From: Clavelina lepadiformis | Lineage: Eukaryota | NCBI RefSeq assembly: GCF_947623445.1 | Contig: NC_135246.1 | Span: 18,900,288-18,964,287 of the forward strand | DNA: 64,000 nt | Reading direction: 5' to 3' | In this document: positions 23,297 to 36,800 of the stretch, piece after piece | How the letters are laid out: each line of letters begins with the position of its first letter | How positions within the stretch are numbered: position 1 is the first letter of the stretch | The notes under the pieces: model-generated | Seen by the model: the letters and a program-made list of their open reading frames with translations, nothing else | Told to the model about the DNA's origin: nothing | Database searches by the model: none | Made by a program: the position numbers and the translations under genes

Positions 23297-25239
23297 TCAT
23301 AGATTTGATGAAAGCTTGAAGTATTCTGCAGCAAGTTCGGTCACTTTTTGTGCGCAACCCCAATGCTGAGCTATACCTCTTGGACCGTGCCCGTAATTGT
23401 GGATGATTGGAGTTTTCCTATTTCCTCCCTTTGCGCTGATAAATTCAACTTCAACCCGTGGACCACTAATGCGTCCAGGTGCTATGCCAACGTCCACTTT
23501 ACGGATTTCGCCTGCTTTCAGCGCTGGTGAAACGGCCTCAGCTTGCCGCAGAATATTGTTTGGATCCTCGGGCTCTATTTGACAATTCCATCTTCCCACT
23601 TGATAAACACCAGCAACCGCCGTGTCGTTTCTTCTTGGGACAATTACAATGTGATTAGCACAAAAACATCGCTTCACTGGGCATGTTAAGCTGAAGTATT
23701 GACCTGAGAAAAAATCTTACCTATAGATAGCCTAATTAAGAAAGTTACTATTTCACCGTACGTGGGCCAAGACGAAACAGAGGTTTAAGACATCCTAAAA
23801 GGATAGATATCGCAAAAGGTTGATTTTAGGGGTTTTCTTAGGGTTTTAAAGTTAGATTTAAATTAGAAGAAAGATTTAGGTTACTACGTCACAGTATAGG
23901 CCTAATGTTCAAATTAGGTTAACAAAAAAAGGAAGAATAGTTTCGAACGTTGGCTGCGAATTCTCCGGTGAAATAGTGACAGCCAGTAACCAAATAAAAC
24001 AATTTCAATCGAGTTTAGCAATTTTCACTTCAATCTATCTTGAAGAAAATCACACATTAAATGTTTACTGTACATTGACAAGCGGTTGTGGATTACGAAA
24101 CTGATTTTTTCACCTCTCATAGGAAGCACATATGGATCATCGCATAACTCTCTAGCGCCAACGCCCGAGCAATTAATAATCAAATCACATGGTTGAAGAT
24201 CGCTAAAATGAACCAGTTTTCGATTCACAAAATTAACCCTTTTTATTCTTCCATTGCTATCAAGGAAAAAATTAAAGTTTTAAAATAAAATACTTTTCAG
24301 ATTGCCAACACTTTTTTCGTATAAATTTTCATTTTTTGTTGAAGAGACACAAACCTCTTTGTCAATTCGTCCAGCCTTCTTCTCAGCCAAGGCAGGTAGA
24401 CGGTGGGATCGATGACGTAATGATGACTTATGTAGCCTTGCAAAGAAACATTGCTGATGTTATTGTCTTCTAGAACCTCCGCCAGTCCGCGGTTCTTTTC
24501 TACGTACCCTGCTTCTTGCATTTCGCGCTCCGTCGCTCGGCGAACGTCGATTCCAGAACCAATCAGGTTTGTAACTAGACAGAAAGCAAGATAAAGCCTT
24601 GTTAGTCGCACAAACATCTTCCAGGTTACCCGGGAGAAGAATAACGTAATCCCGCAGAAGTAAAGCGGTTTTGTTTAGGGCTATTGGCCGAGTCACGAAC
24701 CTTCAACGGGCGTGACAGGGCCCCGTTTATGAGCCTTCCTTGTATTATTCTCGTGAAAATTAATCAAAGAGAATATCTCCATTAACTCAATGCCCCGCTC
24801 TCTAGCTTCCTCTGGTGACAAATCATGACAGTAATCACGTGTTTTTTGAACGAATTTAGTGACGTCATCGTGGTCCATTATACCCAGCTTTCGGGTAATG
24901 ACTAGGCCAAAACCATGTTCGCTGAAATAAGTAAATGAATATTTACACCAAATTAAATGAGGTATCGAGGTATAACTGAAATAATGGTTTTCTCCAGAAT
25001 AAACACCCTTCCAATAATGCGGTTTTACACACATCAATTTTATTTATTCATAAAGTTTTTGATTGAATTTTTTCATTTTTAAACAGTATTCTAAATTCGA
25101 TAATTAATCGAGATTACCTACAATTCCCGGTTTCATTATCAGCTGACGTGATCGTGATGTCACAAAACGGAAAGCGTTCTGCAAGGCAATAAGCTGCAGA
25201 AAGTCCATTGATGCCGGCACCAACCACTTCGACTTTCAT
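23297..25239 (-). CDS. D-amino-acid oxidase family protein (DAO/DDO-like), about 366 aa, 5-exon model with C-terminal -SNL (PTS1-like)
   Basis: Exons (- strand, approximate): 25117-25239 (MKVEVVGAGINGLSAAYCLAERF..., a Rossmann GxGxxG FAD motif), 24701-24921, 24354-24574, 24102-24256 (DLIINCSGVGARELCDDPYVLPMRGEKI, compare DAO DVIVNCTGVWAGALQ..PGRGQI), 23297-23676 (...TPIIHNYGHGPRGIAQHWGCAQKVTELAAEYFKLSSNL*, compare DAO [23 protein letters not shown]). The C-terminal tripeptide SNL matches the PTS1 of human DDO (established knowledge). The upstream in-frame ATG at 25329 would add 30 aa that are unlikely to be real. One exon boundary is off by 1 nt in my hand model, since the total is 1100 nt. 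Confidence 0.7.
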
Positions 25240-28200
25240 GTTTAGTAAAACTTTATGTACATTTGACGGAGAAAGGTCACTATGCCTGCCTTCTACTTTG
25301 TACAATTCGAACACTGAATTTAATTTCATTAATAATAAACTATTCTAACACTGTTTATGGGCACATTTCCATATACTGCTGTGAATGACTATCATTCCAT
25401 ATACTGCTGATAATCGTTGTAGACTACAAGTTCTGATAAAAACAGGCATTTTTATTTTTTATGGTTTGTTTTTTTTTGTATTGTGTTTTGTACCGAGTTT
25501 TGAACTGTTTACCAGGACCACCGAGCATCAGCCATTAGCCACAAATTAACCACGTAATCTGAATACTCCCCATATTTTCATGTCTCTAGGCGCCTGACAG
25601 CTGTGCTATATAGATGCTGAAAATTAAACGTTAAGCAAACAATTATCAAGGTTATAATCAGCTAACCATATGCAGCAACCCTCGTACGTATTTTACAACT
25701 TCAACGCTGCAAAGCTATTGTTTAGAATTAGATGATTTAAAATAGATTGACAGCGGGTTGCTTTCCGCCGAACCATTCGCATAACGGAGCATTAGCTTTT
25801 GTCAAGCAGAAATGCGCTCGATAGCTTGCGAACTAAAACTATTTCATCAAAGATCGAGCCGCGTTGTATAAGTTCCTAAAATCGCTTTGACCGCTCAGGC
25901 TGTTTGTCTTTGGGCCCCGGGGCCTTTACTGCCTGGTTATCTGATACACGAAAAGCTATCAAGTTGCCTTTTCAAAACAAATTACATTAAGTTAATATAT
26001 ATATATACAGTATATATACCTAGGCTATACAAAGCTGTGTAATAAACTAAAGTTGCTTGCTTTCATTGCAAACGAAAGCACTTACATGCCTTGAAGAAAT
26101 CAAACACTTCTTAAATTCAACCTGCAGTTATATAAAACAAAGTTTCTCTGACGTGTAAAGTTGGAAACGATTGTGGTGTGTGAATGAACTTGCGGTTGAG
26201 CTAGGTCAGATGATCACCCTATCAGGTTACAAAACGCGGCAGGTAGTTTAGAACATGAAAAACTTATTTGTCTTTGCCAACAAAAAACAAGTTTAGGAAA
26301 AATACTAATCTGCAGAAGTAACAAGATTAATAAATCTACAAAAGTGACGGCGTAAAGAGCAGAATTGATGAAGTAAATCAAAATTCGAAAGCAATGGATT
26401 TAAAGAAGTTACGTTTTGAGGGTGTTCCTAAAGAGTATAAAACACTTTGGTTAATTACACTTTTATACTCTTTCGTCTTCTCATAAATACTTAAAATTTG
26501 GGTCCATGGGAATTCGTTTTAAGTTAATTTAGGGTTTGTAGAGAATATTATTATATTTTTAATTTAAAAATTGACTGCTACTTCAATTTGTAGGCTACCC
26601 TAAATGCCATTTAACAAATTAATATGGCAAATTCCGCAGCTCCTCATTTCCTCACTTCCGCAGATTAGTGTTCGCCCAAGTTCTGCATTGACAAAATCTG
26701 GCACCTTCAACTTCACAGGTTGCTTGGCTGGGTTTGGTAAGGTATACGAGTGTACAGCCAAATGATGTTACAATTTGAGTAGCTGGGGTCTAATATTTAA
26801 TATTTAATATTTGAATAGGTAAGGTCTAGTAAACAAAAGCATCCTGTGGTTGTGCACTTGTATTCTAGACCCACTTACGGATGTAAGCTATTTAGGCTAT
26901 TAAGTTTCAATTTGAACATTACCAAAGAATAGGTTTTGCTGGCTTAGCTTATTAGGGGAAGTTTATATGCTAGCCTAGATGTCTTGAAAGCTTGCAAGGT
27001 GCAAGCCTTTTTTTCTATTTTTACGCAAGACCAATAGACAAAACAAAGCAAAAAACTTACGCAAAAATTTGTTTTTCATTGTAGGTGGTTTCATTTTAGA
27101 ATTTATTTTGTTATTGTTTCTATAGACTGATGGTAGATTTGTATGGTGTACTTATTCAGACCATTTTGATGTTGTTCCAATGAAGATATTCTTCTGTTAA
27201 TAATTAAAAAATTGCATCCCCATTTAAACAACTGAATATGCCTTGTAAAATTATTTGGTAGGCTATGCATGGTGATGGATTTTGTATGTGCTTGTTCATC
27301 ACACTTTTATCACGTTCAGGTTTCAGCAGCAAAACATACATTTAATTTGCCTGTTACATAAACTGTGTTAGAGCATGAAGTTAAAGTTTAACATACTTTT
27401 TTGGCAATTACCTATTGACAACAAATGACGTCTTAATAGAGACAGCTAAAATGTGCGAAGCTCCCAATGTAGACTTTAGCGCTTCACAATTCAAAGCACA
27501 ATACAATTCAGAAGATGCGTCAAAATACAAATACACGCCACAATACTGATTCTCTGTAATAAAACAGACAAATTGTAAATAATGCAGTCAAGGTTACAAG
27601 TGAATAATAAAAATTAAAGACACTTTCTGGGCCGTTTTACTTCCAACCTGCACAGTTGAATGCAATAAAACTCAGAACAATTTTTACCTTAATAAGCCTG
27701 ATAATTCTAAACACTGCAAAATAACTCAATGTTACACTTCAAACAGGTTACTGGCGGCATAAATAACTCTAACCACCAAGAAACTGAAGAGATTACTTGG
27801 AATATTAACCACATCATACACTTTTCAAATGGCCAAGTTCTGTCATATGGATACAACTAATCCATCATGACTGATATGCACCAAAAAATATATACACAGG
27901 CATCATAATCTGTACTTGATTATTATATAACATTTAATATATGTTTATATGAACTCATCTAACCCTGGTACCAGGTTTGCAGTGATTATGTCTACCAAGT
28001 AATGGAATAAGTAATTGCTTATATGTTAAACTAATTGGTTTTATTCGATTTTTAATAGGACTTTTTAGAGTATTGTTACAAATAAAATGGAATAATTTAC
28101 CAGAACCTGTGCATTATTTGATTAAACAATTGATTTGTCTAAGATTTTGGCCAATTAAACCGAATAAACTGTGTGATTTAGATGAATAAATCGATTACTT

Positions 28201-29567
28201 TTCATACACGTTATAGAGCTTGGATGATTACTTCTAGAATGTTACTAGAATAAATAAAGTATTCAATAAATAAACCGAATTCAGCAGTAGTTTCAAATGC
28301 AAAGCAACCCAAAAAATTGTTGTAATAGCTTTGAAATGACACGAAACATCTTAACTAAGCATTGACTACGACAGGCTTTACTTGCGTCACACCTATGAAA
28401 AGCTGTGCAGCATTTTAAGATTGTGAATAAATGTCTATAAACCCAACGCCTTCAAACAGTTTTGCTGTTTTACTTCACATTTAAGCAGTGCACGTTGTTC
28501 TACATTTACTGTAAGTTATTATGATGCCTTAAAGGTATTGTTTCTTACAATAAATAATACTTGATTGACAGTGCTGTCGGTTAAGTGTTGAAAAACAAGT
28601 ATTTATTGTTGCTTGTGTAAAATTACCAATTAATAATTAAAATTAATTCTATGTGGGATTGCATATGACTGGAGAATTGATCACAATTTGAATTAACAGC
28701 AAACTTTTAGCGAATAAATCAATTGTTTTTCACTTTTGTACCTTACAAATTGAATAATCAACCGATTATTTGAGACTAAGCGTGAGTTTATTCTAATAAA
28801 ATTCGATTCCCAGCAAATGCATATGATAGACAATAGATTACAACTAAGGATTAAGATTGCCGCAGCCCATACTGGTACTTATTTTAAACTTATACATATA
28901 TATATACTTTCATACATGAAAGCTGGTTTTTGATTTGGTGTATGTTTTTACATTAATATTTGTACCTCTGCCTGCACGAAGTCTCTTTGAAATCTGCCGT
29001 ACTTTCCGTTTTGGCTATACAAAGATATTTTATGTTGATGTATGGCTAAATAGATTGTGCTGTGCCATGGGCTGTATCTATGCTTGCTGTGGGCAGATCA
29101 TATCAATTGTTGCTTGGCTAGATATTGAAAATTATTTGAGCCCGGTACACGTTTTCTTTTCATGTGTTGTTGCCTCCTTTGAATGAACAGTTTAAGTTCA
29201 CTTATTGTCTGTCATTCTAAATATAGTCAAGTGGGGCAAAAAAATGCAAAATTGACAAACTTTTGATTTTCTCGCTAAAAAATGCGCCAAAAAGTCAAGT
29301 TTTACCCTCTATTGATCAATATTAATATTCCATTGATGTATCCAAAAAATTGGAGCATTATGTTTATTCTTTTTATTTTTATCGAATATTTTGTGTTGCT
29401 TTTTTTTCCCCAGTGTTTGGGGCAATAAAAACCATGCTCGGGGTAAAAAAAAACAATCAATTTTGACAGCAAATTTTGTTTATTAAAAGCAACACAAAGC
29501 AGAAGAAATAGCAATATATACAGATGAGGATGAAACTGTAACATCTTGTTCAAACAAACAAAAAAGT

Positions 29568-30338
29568 TTATGCATTATGAAGTCCATATTTGCTTAGGAA
29601 CACAAATTTTTCTTTCACTTCCTCTTCTTCGGCAAAACCAAAATATGATTTTGCACGTCCGACAGAAGTTAACACTGCGGTTGAAGGACCCCAAAAACAA
29701 TTTTCAACGGTGACTATATCTATGTCTTCCTTTGTTTGCCAGTCCCAATACACTGCATCTTCTGAAGTTGATTTCTTGTCCCAAAACTTAAATTCAGCTT
29801 GCTCAATTTTTCCATCAACCTCGTCTCTGAAGACCTTCAGAACTTTTCCCCAATAATATGTTTTTGGCTTCTCCCAAAACACTGCAAAGTACTTTCCAAC
29901 TTGCTTTTTGTTTATTTCCAATTTAAATGTTCTCTTTTCTTTCTTCTGTTCGTTTACACTTTCTTCAGTTACATCTCTTCTCTCTTCCTCTACATCTTCC
30001 ATTCTAACAACTGTGTCTTCTCTTGTTTTGTCATTCATTTCTTCAGATTCATCGTCAGACTCTTCTACCATCTCATCCTCTGTATCTACTCTCCTCATGT
30101 CTTCATCCATTTGTTTTTGAATTTCCCGCTCCATCCTTCTTTCTATTTCTTCCTCCTCCTCCAAGTCCAGTGAATTTATTTCTTCATCTTCGTCTGCGTT
30201 CCTTTTCCTTCTCCCAGCTTTTTTCTTTTTTGCAATTGTTCCATTTGCTTCAAAGTTTTCAACTTGCTCGTTAAATTCTTCATTTGTTAAAATGCTTCCA
30301 TTCATCTTCACTCTTTTTTCTTTTTTTCTTCTTGTCAT
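29568..30338 (-). CDS. Orphan single-exon ORF: highly acidic (E/D-rich) 256-aa protein with basic N-terminal patch
   Basis: ORF-track ORF. An in-frame TAA lies immediately 5' of the ATG. The composition has long E/D runs (EEEEEIERRMEREIQKQMDEDMRRVDTEDEMVEESDDESEE), a KKKKAGRRKRN basic (NLS-like) patch, and an aromatic-rich C-terminal block (KYFAVFWEKPKTYYWGKVLKVF...AVYWDWQTKEDIDIVTVENCFWGPS). I recognise no family. No introns are needed. Flanked by G/A homopolymer repeat clusters (see findings). Confidence 0.35.
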   Translation of the reverse strand: MTRRKKEKRVKMNGSILTNEEFNEQVENFEANGTIAKKKKAGRRKRNADEDEEINSLDLEEEEEIERRMEREIQKQMDEDMRRVDTEDEMVEESDDESEEMNDKTREDTVVRMEDVEEERRDVTEESVNEQKKEKRTFKLEINKKQVGKYFAVFWEKPKTYYWGKVLKVFRDEVDGKIEQAEFKFWDKKSTSEDAVYWDWQTKEDIDIVTVENCFWGPSTAVLTSVGRAKSYFGFAEEEEVKEKFVFLSKYGLHNA

Positions 30339-33300
30339 TTGTTTGTCGTCCCCTTGATTTTAACACACTTTCTATCGAAACCGATTCATCTTTTGACACA
30401 AGCCGTATTTCATACTTCATCCCTTCGGGAGCGTGAAGTTGCAACTCATTGATGATGTCCTTTGTTGTTCTGATCCGTGATTGTACTGTGGTGCTCGTCG
30501 ACGGTGTGGAAACAGCTTAAATGTTGCGGATTGATGAGGTGGATGGCATTTCTTCCACATTACTTGACCATTCAGTTTCCTGTGGACTGGTCTTTTCCAA
30601 AATTGGATTGCCTTCTTCATCTTTTGGAGAAACACAATGCTACCAGGACTGGTTAAACTACTACTGAACAGAGACTTCTGAAACTGGAAAATGCTTACAA
30701 GAAGGTTAAGCTTTTGAATAGCTATTTGGCAGGAGTTCAACAAAGTGGAATGGTACATAAATCAATTAACTACAAAGAACAACACAAAATGATTGGAGAG
30801 TAAAACTTAACGCTTAACTTCACTCGCTTAACTTAATTTCAAATGAATCATCAGTACATTAGGATTAATGTATTTACTAGTGATCAGGAAACTGAGACAA
30901 TGCAAGTAAAGCATTAAAGTGCTAGTTTAATTCCTTATAGCAACCAAAATCGTTTTAAAATGAAAGTTATTAAAGATGGGGTAAAAAAAAACAAGCACTG
31001 GGAAAATAAAAACAACTGTTTTTTTTTGCCCCAACACATTGTGTAGTTTTGGGGTAAAAAAAGACAACATAGAATAGAATGAAAGGTTAACAGCAATCAA
31101 AATTGAAGTACTGGAGTACAATCATACTAAAATATCATGTAGATACACATAAAAAGATTGTGATTTTTAACCATCGTTTTTGATCCACAAAAAGTTTAGT
31201 AAACAGCAAAAAAAGTTTTTTTGGACCGTTTTTGGGTCAATTTAGTGATTTGCATAGTTCCTGAAGAGTACTTACCTCTAGACCTGTATTGTATGTTAAA
31301 AAACTATGCAAATAAATGATGTTTCTAACCATGCAAAGCTTTTTCAAAAAAATCATTCTTAGGGGGAGTTGGGGGGGCTGTCCTTTTTTACCCCAAGTAC
31401 CCCTATGTTTTTTTTTGCCCCAACTGACTATAATGCAATACTTTGATTATTTTTTATCGTTTTTCTCTGTAGCACTTGTTAGTTTAGGTCCTTCAGAGTC
31501 TTTTGTTGATGTTTTTATTGTTACAAATATTGGGTGGTACAAAATGTGATGCAATGAGTAACAAATTGATAATAATAACAAACCAATCATAGACCACAAA
31601 ATGGTTAGGCGAATTCTTGGATCAACCTCCATGCAAGTTTGCTATTAGGTGATTGTGTTTTTGTTTGTTGTTATTTATTGAGTCAAATTGTTGTTAAATA
31701 TTTGGTACGAAAAAAGTGACTTGCACTCGAATCAATACAGTAAGTCAGAATGGGACAATGTTTGTGCTTTAGTTGCAAAAATTTGCTTTGTAAGTTGTTG
31801 TTTTCCAGCACTGGTGCTGTCATACCATCACGCGATGTTTGATTACTCTTCATTTGACTTGTGTAACTAAGTGACATCATTAATGACATTGTGACATCAT
31901 ATTCGACTACTTGGCCGAGTAACGAATTTAATTAGTTGGATCTGGCAAGTCCAAGTGCTTTTGATTTGCCTCAACCCTATTCTAAATGTATAGTTTGTTT
32001 TTTCTTTTAGGTTTTTCGCTTATTGTGATGTTAACATTTTAAAATACTTTTGGGTTCATGACAACTTGCTTGAAGTGATTGAGGTGGAAGAAGCCCTTCA
32101 ACTTTGTAGTTTACTACGGTAAGTGAAAACCTTATTGTGCTTGGTAGGATCTTACAATCTTTTTTAACGGTATTTCCAAAGTGGCTGCTTAACATTTGAA
32201 AAGGTTTTCAAATGCTGTCTTGATTGTCTTTTGTGCTTTGTCAATGTCCGTAATTATATAATCACATTTTCAACTTCTTACATAGCTTTTAAGATCTTGT
32301 GGATTCTTTAGTGCTTTTTTCCCCACTCCTGTCAGATTAAAGTATAATTGGATATTCTCAATCTGTTACCAAAAGTAGTTGTGTCCTTATTAACTTAACA
32401 ATCTGTTGCCTTCCACTGACTACTTACCTCATTCAAGTGGGAACATGAATAGTTTTTTGGAATTTGAAGTGTGTAAGTGTTCAAAGATTTCTCCATTTAA
32501 AATGGGTTGAGTGTTAATTTTGCCAGGCTAGTGTATGTTGTGTCATTTGCATCTGGCGATTGCTGTAGCGTTTAAATATTTCTGACTGACACTGTGAGAG
32601 AAGTTTGTCACAAGTAGCATCATGTGTGCAAATAATTTGTGTGAAAGAAATTTAGAGCACTGTGTCGATAATTCAAATATAATTCAATGATAAATCAATA
32701 ATAAGTTGATAAGTTGTAAAAGGCAAGTTATTGTGAGAGTGTTTCAAAAATACTTAAATGTATCTCTGCAGTTGCTCTGCTCAAACATGGCAAGTACTTA
32801 AATTTAGGGAATGAATACGTCCAAATATAAAGGCTAATGTTTGCCTTGCTGTTCATTTCAGTGGGTTCTTGAAATGAAAAGCAATATTAATAAGAGGACG
32901 TAAATTGTTCTGATAATGTGACGTTAAATAAATAATGTCAGATTTTTAATATTAATCAGATGATTTAAATGGTCTCGTGGGCTAATAAATTATTCGGCAC
33001 TGTCTCATGTGTGTAGGTCAATAAAAAGTTTTTCTTGTACTATATTTTTTTCATATGCTGTAGCATACATCTTTATTTGTATTGTTATCTGTGGCGGGTA
33101 TGTCTTTTGAAGCATATGATTTATTTCGGTGCAATGGAAACATTCACCGTGGGTGGTTAGTAAACTAAAAACATTTGATCTCAACATTCTCATTTTAACA
33201 GGATAGCTACTTGGGCAGAGCAGCTATAACTAAAGCTACGGTATCGAGTATTGGGCTATAGTTTGTGCAATATTTCACACATTGCTTATTCTTTGTTGCT

Positions 33301-33827
33301 TTATTCCAGTTGATTTCTATTATCTTATGCAGTCTACAGCCTCTTTACTGTTAATTTATATATGATTTTAATATTTGATTTTAAAATTTGTTTTCTAAAG
33401 TTGGGTGTATTTTAGAATCCAAGATGTATTTTCTATTGTTTGTTTGTTTAACACGTACTTGTACGATATTTTACAGTTTTCTTTTGAAATCAGTTTCAAC
33501 ACGGTGTAATCTATATATCATGGAGTAAAGCGTTAAAATTATCATGTAAAAGTTGCATAATAAATTACAACCACTTAACTCAGCGTTTTGACTAGTATCT
33601 TAACAAATAAAAATTCCAGTCATGTCGTAAACTAATTTAATTGTGACCTAAGTCCTTTCGGTAATTCAGAGCTGAGTTTTTTTATATACAAGTGCAGTGT
33701 CTTTTTTGCTGTTAATGGATATTTTGTTTAAGTTTTGAAAAGACTTTCCAGCATCATTATTGTATTTTGTGATTCATATTTTTAGAAACTTAAAAAGGAC
33801 TCCAGTACCTTACTTCTTATACAGACG

Positions 33828-36800
33828 ATGTCTGTAAAGTCAAGGATACCACAAGGAAGGTAATAAAATATTTCTTTATAGCATTGTAGTTTATTTATTG
33901 CTATGCTCTTGCTGTATACAGCATTTGAATTGCATGTTATTAAGTTGGTATTGCCTCAGATTTTTAACTTGTGACTTTACTATTATTTACAGGCCTTCAA
34001 AAATCCCAGGTTTTGGTGGTACATCCAGGTTGCCGTTTGCCTCTGGCAGAAGCAAATATGGCGGTAGTAAGATAACAATGGCAATGAAAAATGAACCTCT
34101 CTCATCAAATAGAAACTCGACTGTTGTCAGCGCTGTTTCTGACAATTATAAATTGACATTTGTGCCACCTGGAACCACAGATTTTTATGAAAACCTTAAC
34201 GACAAAGTTACATGTGACACTGTGAATAATATTTCCGTTATGCAAAATGGTTCGTCAATCACTCTTCAAGCAGATGGCACTTGCCAAGAGTTTGAAGAAA
34301 ATTGTGAAGTTTTGTCTTTATGTTCAACAGATCCATCACCTACCAAGCATTCCAGCAATGATAACTTGATGCACCAAACTGGTATCGTATTTTGTTAAGC
34401 TAGAGATGCAAATATGAATGCAACACAGTCCAGAAATATTTGTAATATAATAAGTTAAGTTTATTAAATTGGGAAAAAAACATTGTGTTTTTCAGATCAT
34501 AACTATAACAACCTTTCTAGCGCCAAAACAGTTGCTGCCCTTAAAGATAAGATCTTAGCTGCAAAAAATAAATGGCTAAATAACAATGAAGTAGTTCACG
34601 ACTATCATCCACCTCTGCACGTGAAAGATCTTCTTGAAGATAACCACACAGACTCAGGTGCATCTAGCACAGGGGGAAGTAGCAAAGCTGGAACATCGAG
34701 AATCAAAAAACTGAAAAAAAGTAGTCATTCTACGAAATCAAACACTGTGAAGAACTTTCCACCTGGTAACATAAGTAAACAACCACTGACCACTACAAGC
34801 GCTTTTGTTAACGAATGCATCGGAGGTGGTAAGCTGTGGAAAAGTACAACCAGTCGGACAATTGTGAAGCAAAAGAAAATTACCTTGCCACAGAAATTAA
34901 CCACCACTGTTAACCCATCAAGTGCAATGGATTGTGTGGCTTCAAACACTGCCAGGGCTTCTAGCAGGCCACTTACTCGTAGAAGAGGCAGTGCAAACCT
35001 ATTCTCCGATGCCGCGAATGAAACTTGCCAAAATGCTCGTCCATCGCGCAAAATTTTAGCCCCCAACCATTCGGTAATGGATAAAAAATCGAGTGGGAAA
35101 TGGTCGAGCGACATAGACAGCGCGATGAATCTCGCTCGCCGAAACTCCAGGAAACCTGTTGACGATGAGGTTGTATTTTTGAATTGACATAAAATGAATT
35201 TAATAGAACTATGTTTTCTGTTCGTTACGTTTTTCTAAACCTTTTGCTTGTTTGGAAAGACAAAATAAAAGTTGTTGTTCGTAGATCGCGTCTAATGGTA
35301 GTGTCGACCGAGCAGATCGAAAAAAATCATGGCGTGGTTCGAGACAGCAAATGCAACTGACTCCAGATGGAGTTGAAAAGTAAGTAAATTTGTTATCTTA
35401 GTGGTCTTTCTGAGTTTGATAAGGTTCAGTTTAATCATTACCTGATAACTGTTTCTAAACTAACCACAATTTCTGACATCTTTGTTAGTTTTACTTGTTC
35501 AAAAAAGTTTGGTTTTCTGCATGCATCATTGTGGGAATAACTTTCATTCAATGCTTTTTATTTTTTTGTTGTTTACGCATCATTTCTAGCTTTGTTTGAA
35601 AAATAACTGAACGCTGAATTGCTCTCTTTTAACCATCAAGTTGTTTTGATTGCTAATAATGTAAAATTCTATAATGTTCATTTTGTGTTATTATGAACAA
35701 TTTGGTGTGATGTTCAGTAATTCTGAAGAGACATTGCATGCCGATGACTCCTTGTCAACTTCATTGAATGAAAATGACCTTTCTGGGTAGGTCTTAGCGT
35801 TAACTGTTTGCTCAGTGATAAGAATAGACCGTTACCGTCGTTTTGTTTCTGAGGAAGGTAACTTTTCAAATACCTCTGTAAGGCCCTAATGTGTGTCTTA
35901 CACTTCTTCTTGGAATCTTGTCGTTTGCTTCTCTTTCTAATTTAATTTGTGATGATTTTATCACCTTAGAAGCTCTCACTTTTCTCTTTCTGTTTGATTG
36001 GTTGATTGACTTAAAAATTATTAGTGACAGAAGCAGAACATCTGCAAGCAGAAAGTGCTGACATATGGTAGGCAATGCAAAAGTCACTGTAAAAACTTCT
36101 TTTCTTTCCTATATCCTGTTGGTGCTTGCATTTTCAACTCATACTCTTGTTATGCCTTGTTTTCACTCATGTACATAGTTTTGTAAAACTTGCAATGACA
36201 TATTTTAACACTTAACAAATGTGAACACTCTTTATAAAAATATATGCAAAAAAGTGCAGCTTGTAAGAAAATACCTGCAGTAGCATTTCTATGACAAGTA
36301 AATTGTCTGACTTGTTTAGAAATAAATCTAACAAAGCAGCAAATACTATCACAATAATTTGTAGAAAGTCCAACGGCCACAAATCGTCGAGTGAGACAAT
36401 AAAATCGGCCAATCGGAGCCCCAGAATCGCTCGACCTGTCACAAGACCTCCCCGAAGAAGGGGTGTGCAAAATGACAAACCCGACTCAACGGACGACCCC
36501 ACCACAACCCCAGATCAGGACACAGCAGGTGTCAAACCAGCTGACCCCGAGGAAGAGTCTGTTGTGCCAGCTCTGGTCCATCTCAGCCGGAGGGCGAGTG
36601 TCCCCGCTGAATCGGCGAATTCACCAAACGGAGCTCTACCAACGAGAAGTCGACAGAGACGTCGAGCTTCTGAGGCAGTAGCTCACCATCGCCACCAGGT
36701 GTCTAATCTCGGCCTACTTTTGTGTTTATTGTATCATATTCTTAATTAATTTATAACTCAACAATGTCATGGCAGCTAACTTTGCTTTAACATGAAATTG

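Noticed and set aside
25240-25329. N-terminal 30-aa extension (MKLNSVFELYKVEGRHSDLSPSNVHKVLLN) of the DAO-like ORF
   Set aside because: DAO-family proteins begin directly with the Rossmann beta-strand and GxGxxG motif. The internal ATG (MKVEVVGAG) is the more plausible start, though the upstream ATG cannot be excluded.
29590-30274. Plus-strand ORFs (29590..29856, 29799..30173, 29908..30120, 30023..30274) opposite the acidic ORF
   Set aside because: S/L/F-rich antisense read-through of a GA/GAA-rich coding strand. The - strand ORF has a clean start and stop context and is preferred.
36150-36505. Minus-strand ORFs (36150..36470, 36212..36505) overlapping exon 6 of the Ser-rich gene
   Set aside because: Antisense to an exon that fits a 19-exon phase-consistent model.
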